Virus record (IMG/VR): IMGVR_UViG_3300043411_002463
Span: 1-64,000 of that record
Source: a virus
Direction: 5' to 3' (one strand)
DNA length: 64,000 bases
Of the stretch, positions 30,668 through 41,010 are shown piece by piece; position 1 is the stretch's first letter, and the number at the start of each line of letters is the position of its first letter. Position numbers and translations under genes: made by a program. A model generated the notes under the pieces. It was not told where the DNA came from and searched no databases. It saw nothing but the letters and a program-made list of their open reading frames with translations.

Positions 30668-31108
30668 ATGTCATATGATTTTAAAATAGAAAATGGTGAT
30701 TGGCAAATTTCTTCAAGTGGAGATATTGAAAAAGTTGAAGATGAAAATAAGCTTATTCAAGATATTTTAAAGATTTGCATTTCAAAAAGAGGATCTAATA
30801 AGAATGCACCTTATTATGGAACTGTTTTAGGAGATATAGTTGGTTCTATACCAGATAGACAATTTACTGAAACTTATGCTACTAATCAATTACAAGACGC
30901 ATTGAAAATATTACAAAAATTGCAGCAATTACAAGAAACAACTCAGTTTGTTTCATTAAAAGAATCTTTAGCAGCTGTTAAAGAAGCTAGGGTTGTACAA
31001 TCATTAACCGATCCAAGATTTTATGGTGTAAGAATAAAAGTATTAAATAAAAGCTTTTCTGAAGTTCAAACTGGGTTTGATATTAACCAGTCAGCTATTA
31101 ATAAATAA
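30668..31108 (+). CDS. Baseplate wedge / sheath initiator (gp25/gpW-like)
   Basis: DFKIENGDW..GDIEKV..KLIQDILKI..RGSN..PYYGT.L pattern, upstream of baseplate J. Start placed at ATG 30668, preceded by AAGGA. Confidence 0.75.
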   Translation: MSYDFKIENGDWQISSSGDIEKVEDENKLIQDILKICISKRGSNKNAPYYGTVLGDIVGSIPDRQFTETYATNQLQDALKILQKLQQLQETTQFVSLKESLAAVKEARVVQSLTDPRFYGVRIKVLNKSFSEVQTGFDINQSAINK

Positions 31109-31162
31109 TTTATATTGAGCATATTTTGCTATATTATTAGCTTTTAAAATAGGGTAAAATTA

Positions 31163-34100
31163 ATGGCAAAAATTCGTTCAACCAGTGAAATAATAAGAGA
31201 TTTTTTAGATTTTTATAGAGTTGCACAACCTGCACTAGATGTTAAACCAGGTAGTTCAGCTCGTGATGTATTGGTTGATGGACCATCTACTCAATTAGGA
31301 GTTTGCTATGACGAACTATCTAAGCTAAAAACAAACCTATCTCCAGTAACCTCTTATGGTCAAAATTTTGAAAACTGGGCAAAAAACTTTGGAATAACAA
31401 AACCAACTGGTAAAAAAGCAACAGGCTTTGCTTTATTATTATTTAACAATATTGAAACAGACATTGCATTAAGAGCGGGGGATTTAGTTTATGCTAAAAA
31501 CGGTTCATCATTTATTATTAAAAATTCTTTAGTATTAACTTCAACCAAAGAATCATATTATAAGTCAATAGTTAATAAATATAAATCAGATCTTGATACT
31601 CTCGGTTTTACAGAAATTTATGGAATTGAAGTTTTGGTTGAAGCTACTGCCACTGGAACTCAAGGTAATATTTCAAGATTTTCATTAAAAAGCACTAATA
31701 TTACTGGAATTAATAGCATTACCAACGTATCACCTTTTTCTAATGGTAGTTCTGCTGCTTCTGATGCTAGTTTTAAAAACTATTTTATGGCATCATTTAA
31801 TGGAAGCGTTTCTGGTACATCAGTTGGATATACAAATAAAGTTAAAGAAAATTCAGCAGTTATTGACGTTGTTTCAGTTGAAAGTGGCGATGATTTGATG
31901 ACAAGAGATGGTACTATAGTTTCTGTTGCAGAAAACGGCACAAGAACTATTGTTTCAGATGGAACTGGTGGCAAAACTGATATTATTGTTTTAGGAGCAA
32001 CCCTTCAACAAGGTACAGATTCTTATATTTACAAAGACAAATCAAACCAAGACGATCCAACTAATTCAAAAAATGATTATGTATTGGGACAAATATCAGG
32101 TGATGAAAACAAAACTTTCAATAAAAAAAGAAAAGATAATGTTAAGAAAGGAATTGTACCAAACCAGCCTGTATATAATTTGGTTTCTTTATCTGGCTCT
32201 TTATCTGGAAGTAATTTTAAAGAAAAAACAACAGATAATTTGGGAAGAGTATCTGGAAATTATGAATTAGTTAAAGACACTGGTAGTTTTGCAGATTCAG
32301 TCTGGGGTTTTGATAAAATACATTTCATATCTAATAAAATATCAGATTTACCAGAAGATAAAACTAAAGAGACATTTAATGGACAAGATCCATTAGGTTA
32401 TACTGATTTGCTTGAAGTTAAAAAAATAACACAAAATATAGTTATTACAAATGAAAATTCTCAAGTTCAATCAACTGATAAATCATACATTCAACTAAAT
32501 CATTTTCCAGTATCTTCCGTAACTAGAGTTTTTAACGTTACAACTGGAGAAAGATACGTAGTAACTAGTCAAAATCCAGATGGCTCGGGTGAATTAAACG
32601 AAACTGGTAGAATAAAAATATCAGGTAAATCATTACCTGCCGTTAGTGATATTTTGCAAGTAGATTATGTTTGGAATTATTCATTTGACCCATATTGGGA
32701 TTGTGATAATATTGTATTTTCAGATAATTATAGAGATGTAACTGATTCTATTGATTGGGGTTATTCTAATTTAGTTAGAAGAGAATTATCTGTGCTTTCG
32801 ACTTCAGGAAGTTATTTAAACGCCTCTGTTACACACAATATTTCTTCTGTAATTAAAGTTAATGTATTTTCTTCTGAAGAAACAACTGTAACATTAGTTT
32901 CTAATAGAAAAGCAATTGTATTGTCAAATACAATTTCAAACATAGAATCAGTTCAAAAAATTTCTAATAAATCAGAATTATGGAATACTATAAAAGATGA
33001 TGGTACATTATCTGGGTTAACGGCTTATTTGCCTTCTGATACTATTGCTGAAGTTGGAGATGCTGTATCTGTTATTTATAATGCAACTGATGTATATGGA
33101 ACTACAGGAACAGTATCAAACAATACAATAAACATTGTACCATCCGATTATGCTACAGCAGGAACTTTAGTAGAATGTACCTATCTTGCTAATATAAATA
33201 CTTTGTTACCAGCTACATCTTTAAGTAATTTACCAGTTATAAGAAATAATAATCAATTTACATTAAATAATTTGGCAGTTTTGGGAAACCAACCAACAAG
33301 TCACTTATATGAAGATTCAATTGTTGTTAAAAACTTAAGATTAGCACCATCTCATTTATTGTTGAATTTATTGGGTGCCGTATCAACTGGAGTTTTGACT
33401 GTAACTGGTACTTCTATTAAAAAAATAGAAAATGTCGTATTTACAGCTAGTAAAAATGGTTTAACTCAAGATTTATCTGCTGCCATTAAAAAATCTTTAG
33501 GTTTAACTAGTATAGAATCAATTTCTTCTAATATAAAAGTTTGTAGATTAGTTAAATTAGAAAAAATTAAAGCCAGTTCTGTCAGCGAATATATTTCTAC
33601 AATTAATTCTTTTGATATTAAAGGTTATTATTTATTAGACAATACATTTACTAAAAACGAAGCTGTTTATGATGTTAATTTAAGTAAAACACAAATAACA
33701 CTACCATCAACGGAAAATAATATTGATAATACAATTTCAATTGGTGATAAGTTATTGGTAACTTGTTATATTTCTGAAGATTCAAGCTCAGAAAACATAT
33801 ATTTTAGCAAATCAGGAAGTATTTATACAAACAAAAAATATTTAACAATTGATAGTATCACTATTTCAAGCGGATTCAATTCTTCAAATGCATTAAATTC
33901 AGTGTTAACCATTAGTAACTTTAATCAACCATTAACTAAAAGCAGATATAAAGTTTATTACGATTATTTAGCACCAAAAACAAATGAAAGAATAACAATA
34001 AATTATAACTATAATAAATTAATTGGTGATTCACAATTAAACTTAGAAAAAACAATTCATTTAAATGATGATATATTAATTAAACAATGTGAAAATATTT

Positions 34101-34393
34101 TAGTAGATGTAACCATGAAGATTGTTATAGATGCAGATAGTTTAAACTTCTCTGATACAATCATTCAAAACGTTAAAGATGCCGTTACAAGCAAGCTTAA
34201 TATCAACGTATTAAATGGTATAATTGATAGTTCTGATTTGGAGCTAGTGGCTGGTTCAATTTCAGGAGTTGATCGTGTTAGAGTAACATACTTTAATAAA
34301 ACTGGCGTTGCGGGTTCTGTGTTAAGTATTGTTGCTAATAAAAAACAAAGTATATTTGCAAATAATGTTTCTATAATACAAGAATCAAGATAA
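31163..34393 (+). CDS. Baseplate J-like wedge protein (gp6/gpJ) with large central insertion
   Basis: DVKPGSSARD..WAKNFGIT..KATG..VEATATGTQGNI..ITNVSPFSNGS..SDASF N-terminal gpJ motifs. C-terminal IDSSDL..ISGVDRV. Confidence 0.8.
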   Translation: MAKIRSTSEIIRDFLDFYRVAQPALDVKPGSSARDVLVDGPSTQLGVCYDELSKLKTNLSPVTSYGQNFENWAKNFGITKPTGKKATGFALLLFNNIETDIALRAGDLVYAKNGSSFIIKNSLVLTSTKESYYKSIVNKYKSDLDTLGFTEIYGIEVLVEATATGTQGNISRFSLKSTNITGINSITNVSPFSNGSSAASDASFKNYFMASFNGSVSGTSVGYTNKVKENSAVIDVVSVESGDDLMTRDGTIVSVAENGTRTIVSDGTGGKTDIIVLGATLQQGTDSYIYKDKSNQDDPTNSKNDYVLGQISGDENKTFNKKRKDNVKKGIVPNQPVYNLVSLSGSLSGSNFKEKTTDNLGRVSGNYELVKDTGSFADSVWGFDKIHFISNKISDLPEDKTKETFNGQDPLGYTDLLEVKKITQNIVITNENSQVQSTDKSYIQLNHFPVSSVTRVFNVTTGERYVVTSQNPDGSGELNETGRIKISGKSLPAVSDILQVDYVWNYSFDPYWDCDNIVFSDNYRDVTDSIDWGYSNLVRRELSVLSTSGSYLNASVTHNISSVIKVNVFSSEETTVTLVSNRKAIVLSNTISNIESVQKISNKSELWNTIKDDGTLSGLTAYLPSDTIAEVGDAVSVIYNATDVYGTTGTVSNNTINIVPSDYATAGTLVECTYLANINTLLPATSLSNLPVIRNNNQFTLNNLAVLGNQPTSHLYEDSIVVKNLRLAPSHLLLNLLGAVSTGVLTVTGTSIKKIENVVFTASKNGLTQDLSAAIKKSLGLTSIESISSNIKVCRLVKLEKIKASSVSEYISTINSFDIKGYYLLDNTFTKNEAVYDVNLSKTQITLPSTENNIDNTISIGDKLLVTCYISEDSSSENIYFSKSGSIYTNKKYLTIDSITISSGFNSSNALNSVLTISNFNQPLTKSRYKVYYDYLAPKTNERITINYNYNKLIGDSQLNLEKTIHLNDDILIKQCENILVDVTMKIVIDADSLNFSDTIIQNVKDAVTSKLNINVLNGIIDSSDLELVAGSISGVDRVRVTYFNKTGVAGSVLSIVANKKQSIFANNVSIIQESR

Positions 34394-34394
34394 A

Positions 34395-37300
34395 ATGGCA
34401 ATTTTAAGCATAAAAAAATATTCTTTAGTTTCACCAACTAAGATTAGAATAGAGTTTTCTGATAGTGTTAATGCATTAATTAACACATCCAATTTTAATA
34501 TTGTTTCAAATAATTCTTCTTTTTCTAACCCAATATTATATAATGTTAAAGTAAATAAAAATATTGTTGACTTAACAGTTTCGCCATTATATTCATATAA
34601 TATTTATTCACTTTATTGTCTAGATGGAAACATAAAGTTTTCAAATATTAACAGTACATTATTTTTACCAAATAATAATTCAACTAATGTTATTAAGTTC
34701 ATTGGTCCAGTTGATTCAGAAAATCAATTTAGAACAAATTTGATTAGAGATTTATCAAATAATGTTTATTCTTTGGAAGATGGTAATTTAATTACTGATA
34801 CAATTAATATAATTGCAGATCAAATTAATAAATTATATAATGATATTAAACAAACTGGTAATGAAATATTTCTTGAAAAAATTATAGAAAATGAGAAGAA
34901 AGTTAGAGGGATTGGTCCAACTGACGCTCTCAATGAAAAAGGTGCTTATAAAATAATTAAAGTTTCTAAAGAAATAGAAGGAACTGTTAAAGTTAAAGAG
35001 CAAGAAATTTCAGAAATGCCTGCAAGTCCAATAACATTGCAAGCAGTCACAATTTCTCAAGAAAAATTAATTTCTGGAACATCAAACTCTACATTTAATG
35101 GTCTACTACTAACATTAGCCAAAAATAATGTTACCAAAGTAAAAACCATAACAATAAAGTATTTTAATGGAAGTACTTATTCTTATTCAATAGAATCATT
35201 AGGTTATACTATTAAAGACAATAGATATGATCAAGAATATGCATCAAGTTATCAATTATTAGAATCAAACCAGGTTCAGCTTTCTACATTATTGTTAGAA
35301 GATGAAAACTTTACAGTTTTAACATCACTAGATTATATTTTAATAACTTACGAATATAAGAATGTTGGACAAACAATTGTTGAAGATTCAGTTGATGTTT
35401 ATTATATAGAATATCAATCAAGTGAAGTTATCAGTCCAATAGTAACCACTTTTGCCTTAAAATATTATCCTGTAGTTGATTCTTTGGGAAATATTATTAA
35501 AAAAGATGGTGTTTCATTTTTAGATCCAGAAGCAAATCCTCCTTTTTCATCAACACATCCTGCGTTTACAACTGAACTAGAGTTTAATTTAGAAAGCTTA
35601 CCAAAAACATTTGGTGAATATACTATAAATTATGAAACTGGTGAAGTAATTGTTTATGGAGCAATTAAAAATGATGGCACTGGAGATTTCCCACCATTAG
35701 CAACATATTATTATAAGTTTTCTTATGATAACGAATTAGATTACATTTATGATAATCAAAATTATGAAGTTGTACGTTCGCCTATTAGAGATTTAGAAGG
35801 TGAAAGTGTAACAATTGCTTGTCAATATTACCAAAATCTAATTGAAAATGAAGATTTTATTGCTAACATTCACAAAGAAGTTATTAATGAAAGAATAGAA
35901 AATAGATTATTATCAAATACAAGCTTGCGCGTACAAAACCCTGGTGTAACAAATGTTTTTAGAATTTATAATGAAACGTCCGGGGAAATATATAAATTAG
36001 ATAGATTTAATAATGATAAAGTTTATTTTAATGTTAATAATTCTCCAAGAGTAGAAAAAATATCTCAAGAAAGATGTTCTTTTACAACAGTTGATAATGA
36101 AATTGTTTTAGTACAAGAAGAATATCTAAATGCCAATAACATTAAAATATTTGAAATACATTTAAATAACTCCTTAATAATATCTGCAACCGAAGATAGT
36201 ATAGGATCTAGTTTTAATAGTAGTGTTTCTTTCAGTAACTCAAACATCTTTGGAAAAGAAATATATTTTAGCTCTGCAATATCATTAGATAATAACATTG
36301 ATAGACTTGATTTAAATCAATACCAAATAGATTATAATAATGGTATTATTTATTTGGCAACAGATAGTGTTGATTATCAATTGGGAACTGTTAATTATAA
36401 AAAATCATTTATCAAAACAGGTCAAGATAATATTATCTCTGTAGATAAAATATATTCATCAATAGATAACATTAATATTGATAAGGTTTACAATTTTAGT
36501 TCTTATTCAGCATTTGAAATTACATTTACTAATTTAGAAGAGTCAGATGAAAGATTTGATAGTTATGGAAATTTGTATATTTATGATTCTAATACTGTTT
36601 TAGTAAAAGATGATATTAAATCTATCAGAGGTTTGTACGATCATAGTGATTTATTAACAAATGATAGCCCAATCAATTTTGCAGAAAATTGTACCTTTGA
36701 CGCTAACTTAATTCAAGTAAATGAAATTTTTAAACAAGAACAATATACTGTTGAGTCAGGATTAGTAATAAATATTAACCAAGCCAGTGTTGGAATTGAT
36801 TTAAATAGCGTAATTTCTGTAAAAAGAATAAGTGATGATACAGAGTTATACACTGGAAGTTCTTCTTTTGTAAATTATCAAATAACATTAGATGCTCTTA
36901 GTGGTGCTGTTGCAGGCGACGAAATTGTTGTAATTTATGGATTATTACCAAATGGAAGTTTTGGTGTTGTAGTAGATTATGATCGTGGTGAGTTGTTTGT
37001 AGATTATACTTATCTTTTTGATGAAATTTTAGTTACATATGAGTATGGTAGTGATTCTTTGGACTTTGCACAATCAACTACATTAAATACTGGTGATGAA
37101 TATTATGTAACTTACAAGGTTGGTAGTTTAAGAGATACTCTTTTTGCTAATTTTGGTTCTTTAATCGATGTTAATATCATTAAAAACTTTAATACCGAAG
37201 TAGATAGAGAGATTTATCGTTCTGTATTGCAGGGTATATTGCAAATGTTTCCAACGGGTCCTACTAAGGAAGCACTAGGCAATATGGTTAAAAGTGTTAC

Positions 37301-40300
37301 ACACATATTCCCAGAAATAATTGAGGCTGCTTTTGAAATATGGTCTCTTGGATATAATTATTTGTTTAGAAACAAAATTAAAACAACTGGTGATTTGCAA
37401 CTAGTACCAGGTAAATTTGACAATGGAGTTTTGGTATCAAATTCTGATGATAGCATTTCTTTACCATTAAATTCTAACTTAAAATTAGAACAAGGGTCTT
37501 TAAAGTTTTGGGCAATTCCACAATGGGATGGAATTGATAACGATGCAGAATTAACATTGTCTTTATATAAAAATGATGTTGCTTTAGATGCTAGCAAAAT
37601 ATTTATAGGTTCAAATTCATATAATCCAACTTTAAAAAACAATTCATTTTCAATTAGTAAAAGTGAAAATACTACGGGCTTGCCTGCCAAAATTTTTACA
37701 GAAACTGGTGTGTTTATTTATTATGATATTGATAATTCATGTTGGAAATTATATTCAAAAGATTTAACATCATCTAGTTCAATTTATACTGGAACTATTG
37801 AAACAAACGGAGAGTTTTATAATTCAAAGTGGATTCCAGGGTTGAAAGAATTGAATGATATTTTAAGAACATTTAATAATAAGATTGAGTTTAAGTTTAA
37901 TATTGATTCTTCTGATGCAAGTTCGCCTGATGGATATGTAGATGGTTATTCATTAATTGACGGATATTCTCCAGCCGAAGGATATCAAGTTGGATATTCT
38001 TATGATGGTATTCAATTTATGTCAGATAAATATCATTATTTCTTTGATTTTGGTCAAGAAAAGAATAAAAATAGATTTTCTTTATTTAAAGATGGCTCTG
38101 GCTATTTAACTTTTAAAGTTATTGATAAAAACTCTACAGCTTCAACAGTAAGTTATGATGTTTCTGGTTGGAAAAATGGTGAAAAACATTTTATTGGTTT
38201 AAGTTGGCGCCTAAATTCATCTGATAATCGTGATGAAATGCATATGTTTGTTGATGGTTTTGAAGTGCCAAATATACTTTCTTATGGAAGCAGACCAGTA
38301 TCAACATTAACAGATAGGTTTAGAACAGTTAAGCCAGAATATTTGTTAGCATCATTAGAAAAAGATATATTGTTAAAAAATGATTTAACAACAACCGCGG
38401 GAAGTAATATTGTCACTGCTGTTACAAACTTTTCAGCATTTAATATTTCACCCGGTGATAAAATTGAAATATTAGATCAAAATTTAGGTGAATTTATTAT
38501 AGGTTCAATTTCTGGTCAACAATTGGCTCTTACAACCAATGTACCATCAACCATTACAAATGCAAAATATACAATTAATCCATATTCTGTTCAAGTCAGT
38601 TCCCAAATATCTTTATATAAAAACATTATAGTTTCTTTGTTAAGAAACGGTGAAGAGATTGAATTAGCAGGATTAAATGCAAACACTCCAGGTTATGAAA
38701 TAAGTCAAAATTTATTCAACCAAGATACTTTGAAAGTATTGGGAGATGCATTAACTGGCGATCAATTAATTATCAGAACTTTAGGTAAAAACTTTAGAAG
38801 AATTAGAGAGAATACATATTTATGGAATTCTACTAATTTAATTAAAACACAATTACCACCACCTATAAATCTAGATGAAGTTAATATTTATAAAATAATA
38901 TTAAACAAAACAAGCATAGGACCAACAAATTCAACCTTAAGTCTAGGAGTATTTACTTCTAATATGTTGACTTGTCAACAAACAACAAATTCAACTGAAG
39001 GTCGAACTTTAGAAGTTACTATTGTTGGTGGAAATACTGATTTTACAACTCCTGTAACTGTAACTATTAATGGTACTACAAATGGAGTCCCAGTCTTTGA
39101 AACATTAACTTTTAGCGAAGCAGGAACACAAAAAACTGCTCTAAAATTCAAAACAATTACTGGAACACAAGTAATTTGTAAACCATATAATACATCAAAA
39201 AACTCTGTAGTAGTTTCAATAAAAGAAGCTTATTCTGTGATTTATCCAGATGCAAATACAAGCTATCCCGTGTTAAGATTTGTTTATAAAACACAACATG
39301 GAACTTCATTGCAAGGAGATGGTTCTACAACTGTAGTTGATAGTAGTGGATATTTTATTGATTCTAATATAGATCAAGCTTTAGTAATAACATCTCCAGG
39401 TTCGGTTGCTGGAACATACAATATAGAATCCAGAAGTGATACAAATACAATTGTTTTAGATAATCCAACTGGAACAGCTTTTACCAGTGGAATTTATGAT
39501 ATTTATAACATTTCATTATCGAGATCTGGTTTCCAAAATGGTTACTTTTACTTCCAGACAGCTGGTGGAGTTAATGAAAATTATAATTTACCATCTGGAG
39601 ATTATTTGTTTGATTATTCAACATATTTATCTTTGAAGTTCGATCCAATTAGACAGGAACAAATTTATATAGGTTCAGATTTCAATAAAGAAAAACAAGC
39701 CAATGCAGTTATTGATGAATTGCATATACTAGATGTAATGCTTTCAGATGTTCGTGTTGGAGAAAGTGCCAAACAATCTTTTACAACAGATTTTACTAAA
39801 CTAAGACCAGTCAAAAAAGACAAAAACACATTACTGTTATTGAATTTTGATGAAAAACCATTTGTTAATAAGGCAGATTTTTGGGTAAATTCAAGCAAGC
39901 AATATTTACAATCTGATTTTTCAGTCAATGAAAAATTTGACAAATGTTTAGTTATAAATGATAAACCTTTAGTGATTGAAAATAAAGGATATTTAACAAC
40001 AAAATCTGAAGGAACTATTGAGTTTTGGGTTTCACCAAAATATGATACAGGTAATGATCCAGTAAGAAGATATTATTTTGATGCCAGCTCTTCTTTAAGT
40101 ACAGAAATTCAAAGTACAAGCAAAGCAACAATTATTCTACCAACAAAAATAAAAGAAATATTATCTGTTAAGGTTAAAAATGGAGAGGTAGAGTATTCTG
40201 ATGGCGCAACCATTGCGGCTGATGGTAAAACAATTAATTTAAAGAAACAATTACCATATCAAAAGACAAATGTTGTAGTTTCTTATATTCAACATGGAAC

Positions 40301-41006
40301 GAATGGTGATAGATTATCAATCTTTAAAGATTCAGATGGATTTATAACCTTTTATGTTAGTGCTTCTGGTTATGAATATGAAGTTCGTCAACCTATTTTC
40401 TGGGAAAGAGATAGCTGGCATAGAATAAAAGCAACTTTCAAATTCAACAGAAAAGATAATAAAGATGAAATTAGACTTTTTGTTGATGGGGAAGAACGTG
40501 GTACTATAAGGTTCGGTCAAGGCTTCTTGTTTAGCGAAAGCATTATATTCGGTCAAGGCTTTGTAGGAGTTAACAATTCTATATTAATTGATGATATTAA
40601 CTTTAAAGATTCAATTAATGAATTTTATATTGGTTCTGATTTTGCAAAAGCAAGTAAGTCTCATTGTAGAATTGATAATTTCAAAATTAGTAATAAAGCT
40701 AAAAATGGCTTTTTGATTGCTGGTCAATATAAGGATGTAAATTATAGTTCTAATTTAGACATCATTTATCCATCTATTGAAGACTTGTACACAACTTATT
40801 TATTAGATTTTAACAAAATATTTGAAAAAAATACTGATTTTACCTTACTTCATGACCCATATTATGGAATTTTTAATTTCAAAATTAACATAATTGATTC
40901 TTTTAAAGTTCTAGCTAATGACATCATTGCTAAAAACATGTTGGAAGCAGCTTTAAAGGCATTTAAGCCAAGTAAATCTAAAATGACGCTCAATTATCTA
41001 ACATAA
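34395..41006 (+). CDS. Very large baseplate wedge/fibre-anchoring protein with LamG/concanavalin-like domains
   Basis: gpI-like segment (REIYRSVL..GPTKEAL..V). Two LamG-type regions (GSLKFW..P.W..WKNGEKHFIGLSW; GTIEFWVSP..WHRIKATF..LFVDG..IGSD..IDNFKIS). Confidence 0.6.
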   Translation: MAILSIKKYSLVSPTKIRIEFSDSVNALINTSNFNIVSNNSSFSNPILYNVKVNKNIVDLTVSPLYSYNIYSLYCLDGNIKFSNINSTLFLPNNNSTNVIKFIGPVDSENQFRTNLIRDLSNNVYSLEDGNLITDTINIIADQINKLYNDIKQTGNEIFLEKIIENEKKVRGIGPTDALNEKGAYKIIKVSKEIEGTVKVKEQEISEMPASPITLQAVTISQEKLISGTSNSTFNGLLLTLAKNNVTKVKTITIKYFNGSTYSYSIESLGYTIKDNRYDQEYASSYQLLESNQVQLSTLLLEDENFTVLTSLDYILITYEYKNVGQTIVEDSVDVYYIEYQSSEVISPIVTTFALKYYPVVDSLGNIIKKDGVSFLDPEANPPFSSTHPAFTTELEFNLESLPKTFGEYTINYETGEVIVYGAIKNDGTGDFPPLATYYYKFSYDNELDYIYDNQNYEVVRSPIRDLEGESVTIACQYYQNLIENEDFIANIHKEVINERIENRLLSNTSLRVQNPGVTNVFRIYNETSGEIYKLDRFNNDKVYFNVNNSPRVEKISQERCSFTTVDNEIVLVQEEYLNANNIKIFEIHLNNSLIISATEDSIGSSFNSSVSFSNSNIFGKEIYFSSAISLDNNIDRLDLNQYQIDYNNGIIYLATDSVDYQLGTVNYKKSFIKTGQDNIISVDKIYSSIDNINIDKVYNFSSYSAFEITFTNLEESDERFDSYGNLYIYDSNTVLVKDDIKSIRGLYDHSDLLTNDSPINFAENCTFDANLIQVNEIFKQEQYTVESGLVININQASVGIDLNSVISVKRISDDTELYTGSSSFVNYQITLDALSGAVAGDEIVVIYGLLPNGSFGVVVDYDRGELFVDYTYLFDEILVTYEYGSDSLDFAQSTTLNTGDEYYVTYKVGSLRDTLFANFGSLIDVNIIKNFNTEVDREIYRSVLQGILQMFPTGPTKEALGNMVKSVTHIFPEIIEAAFEIWSLGYNYLFRNKIKTTGDLQLVPGKFDNGVLVSNSDDSISLPLNSNLKLEQGSLKFWAIPQWDGIDNDAELTLSLYKNDVALDASKIFIGSNSYNPTLKNNSFSISKSENTTGLPAKIFTETGVFIYYDIDNSCWKLYSKDLTSSSSIYTGTIETNGEFYNSKWIPGLKELNDILRTFNNKIEFKFNIDSSDASSPDGYVDGYSLIDGYSPAEGYQVGYSYDGIQFMSDKYHYFFDFGQEKNKNRFSLFKDGSGYLTFKVIDKNSTASTVSYDVSGWKNGEKHFIGLSWRLNSSDNRDEMHMFVDGFEVPNILSYGSRPVSTLTDRFRTVKPEYLLASLEKDILLKNDLTTTAGSNIVTAVTNFSAFNISPGDKIEILDQNLGEFIIGSISGQQLALTTNVPSTITNAKYTINPYSVQVSSQISLYKNIIVSLLRNGEEIELAGLNANTPGYEISQNLFNQDTLKVLGDALTGDQLIIRTLGKNFRRIRENTYLWNSTNLIKTQLPPPINLDEVNIYKIILNKTSIGPTNSTLSLGVFTSNMLTCQQTTNSTEGRTLEVTIVGGNTDFTTPVTVTINGTTNGVPVFETLTFSEAGTQKTALKFKTITGTQVICKPYNTSKNSVVVSIKEAYSVIYPDANTSYPVLRFVYKTQHGTSLQGDGSTTVVDSSGYFIDSNIDQALVITSPGSVAGTYNIESRSDTNTIVLDNPTGTAFTSGIYDIYNISLSRSGFQNGYFYFQTAGGVNENYNLPSGDYLFDYSTYLSLKFDPIRQEQIYIGSDFNKEKQANAVIDELHILDVMLSDVRVGESAKQSFTTDFTKLRPVKKDKNTLLLLNFDEKPFVNKADFWVNSSKQYLQSDFSVNEKFDKCLVINDKPLVIENKGYLTTKSEGTIEFWVSPKYDTGNDPVRRYYFDASSSLSTEIQSTSKATIILPTKIKEILSVKVKNGEVEYSDGATIAADGKTINLKKQLPYQKTNVVVSYIQHGTNGDRLSIFKDSDGFITFYVSASGYEYEVRQPIFWERDSWHRIKATFKFNRKDNKDEIRLFVDGEERGTIRFGQGFLFSESIIFGQGFVGVNNSILIDDINFKDSINEFYIGSDFAKASKSHCRIDNFKISNKAKNGFLIAGQYKDVNYSSNLDIIYPSIEDLYTTYLLDFNKIFEKNTDFTLLHDPYYGIFNFKINIIDSFKVLANDIIAKNMLEAALKAFKPSKSKMTLNYLT

Positions 41007-41010
41007 TAAT

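Noticed and set aside
40512-40561. 14-nt direct repeat TTCGGTCAAGGCTT (FGQGF twice)
   Set aside because: Only two copies, in frame within a coding region; most simply a small internal duplication.
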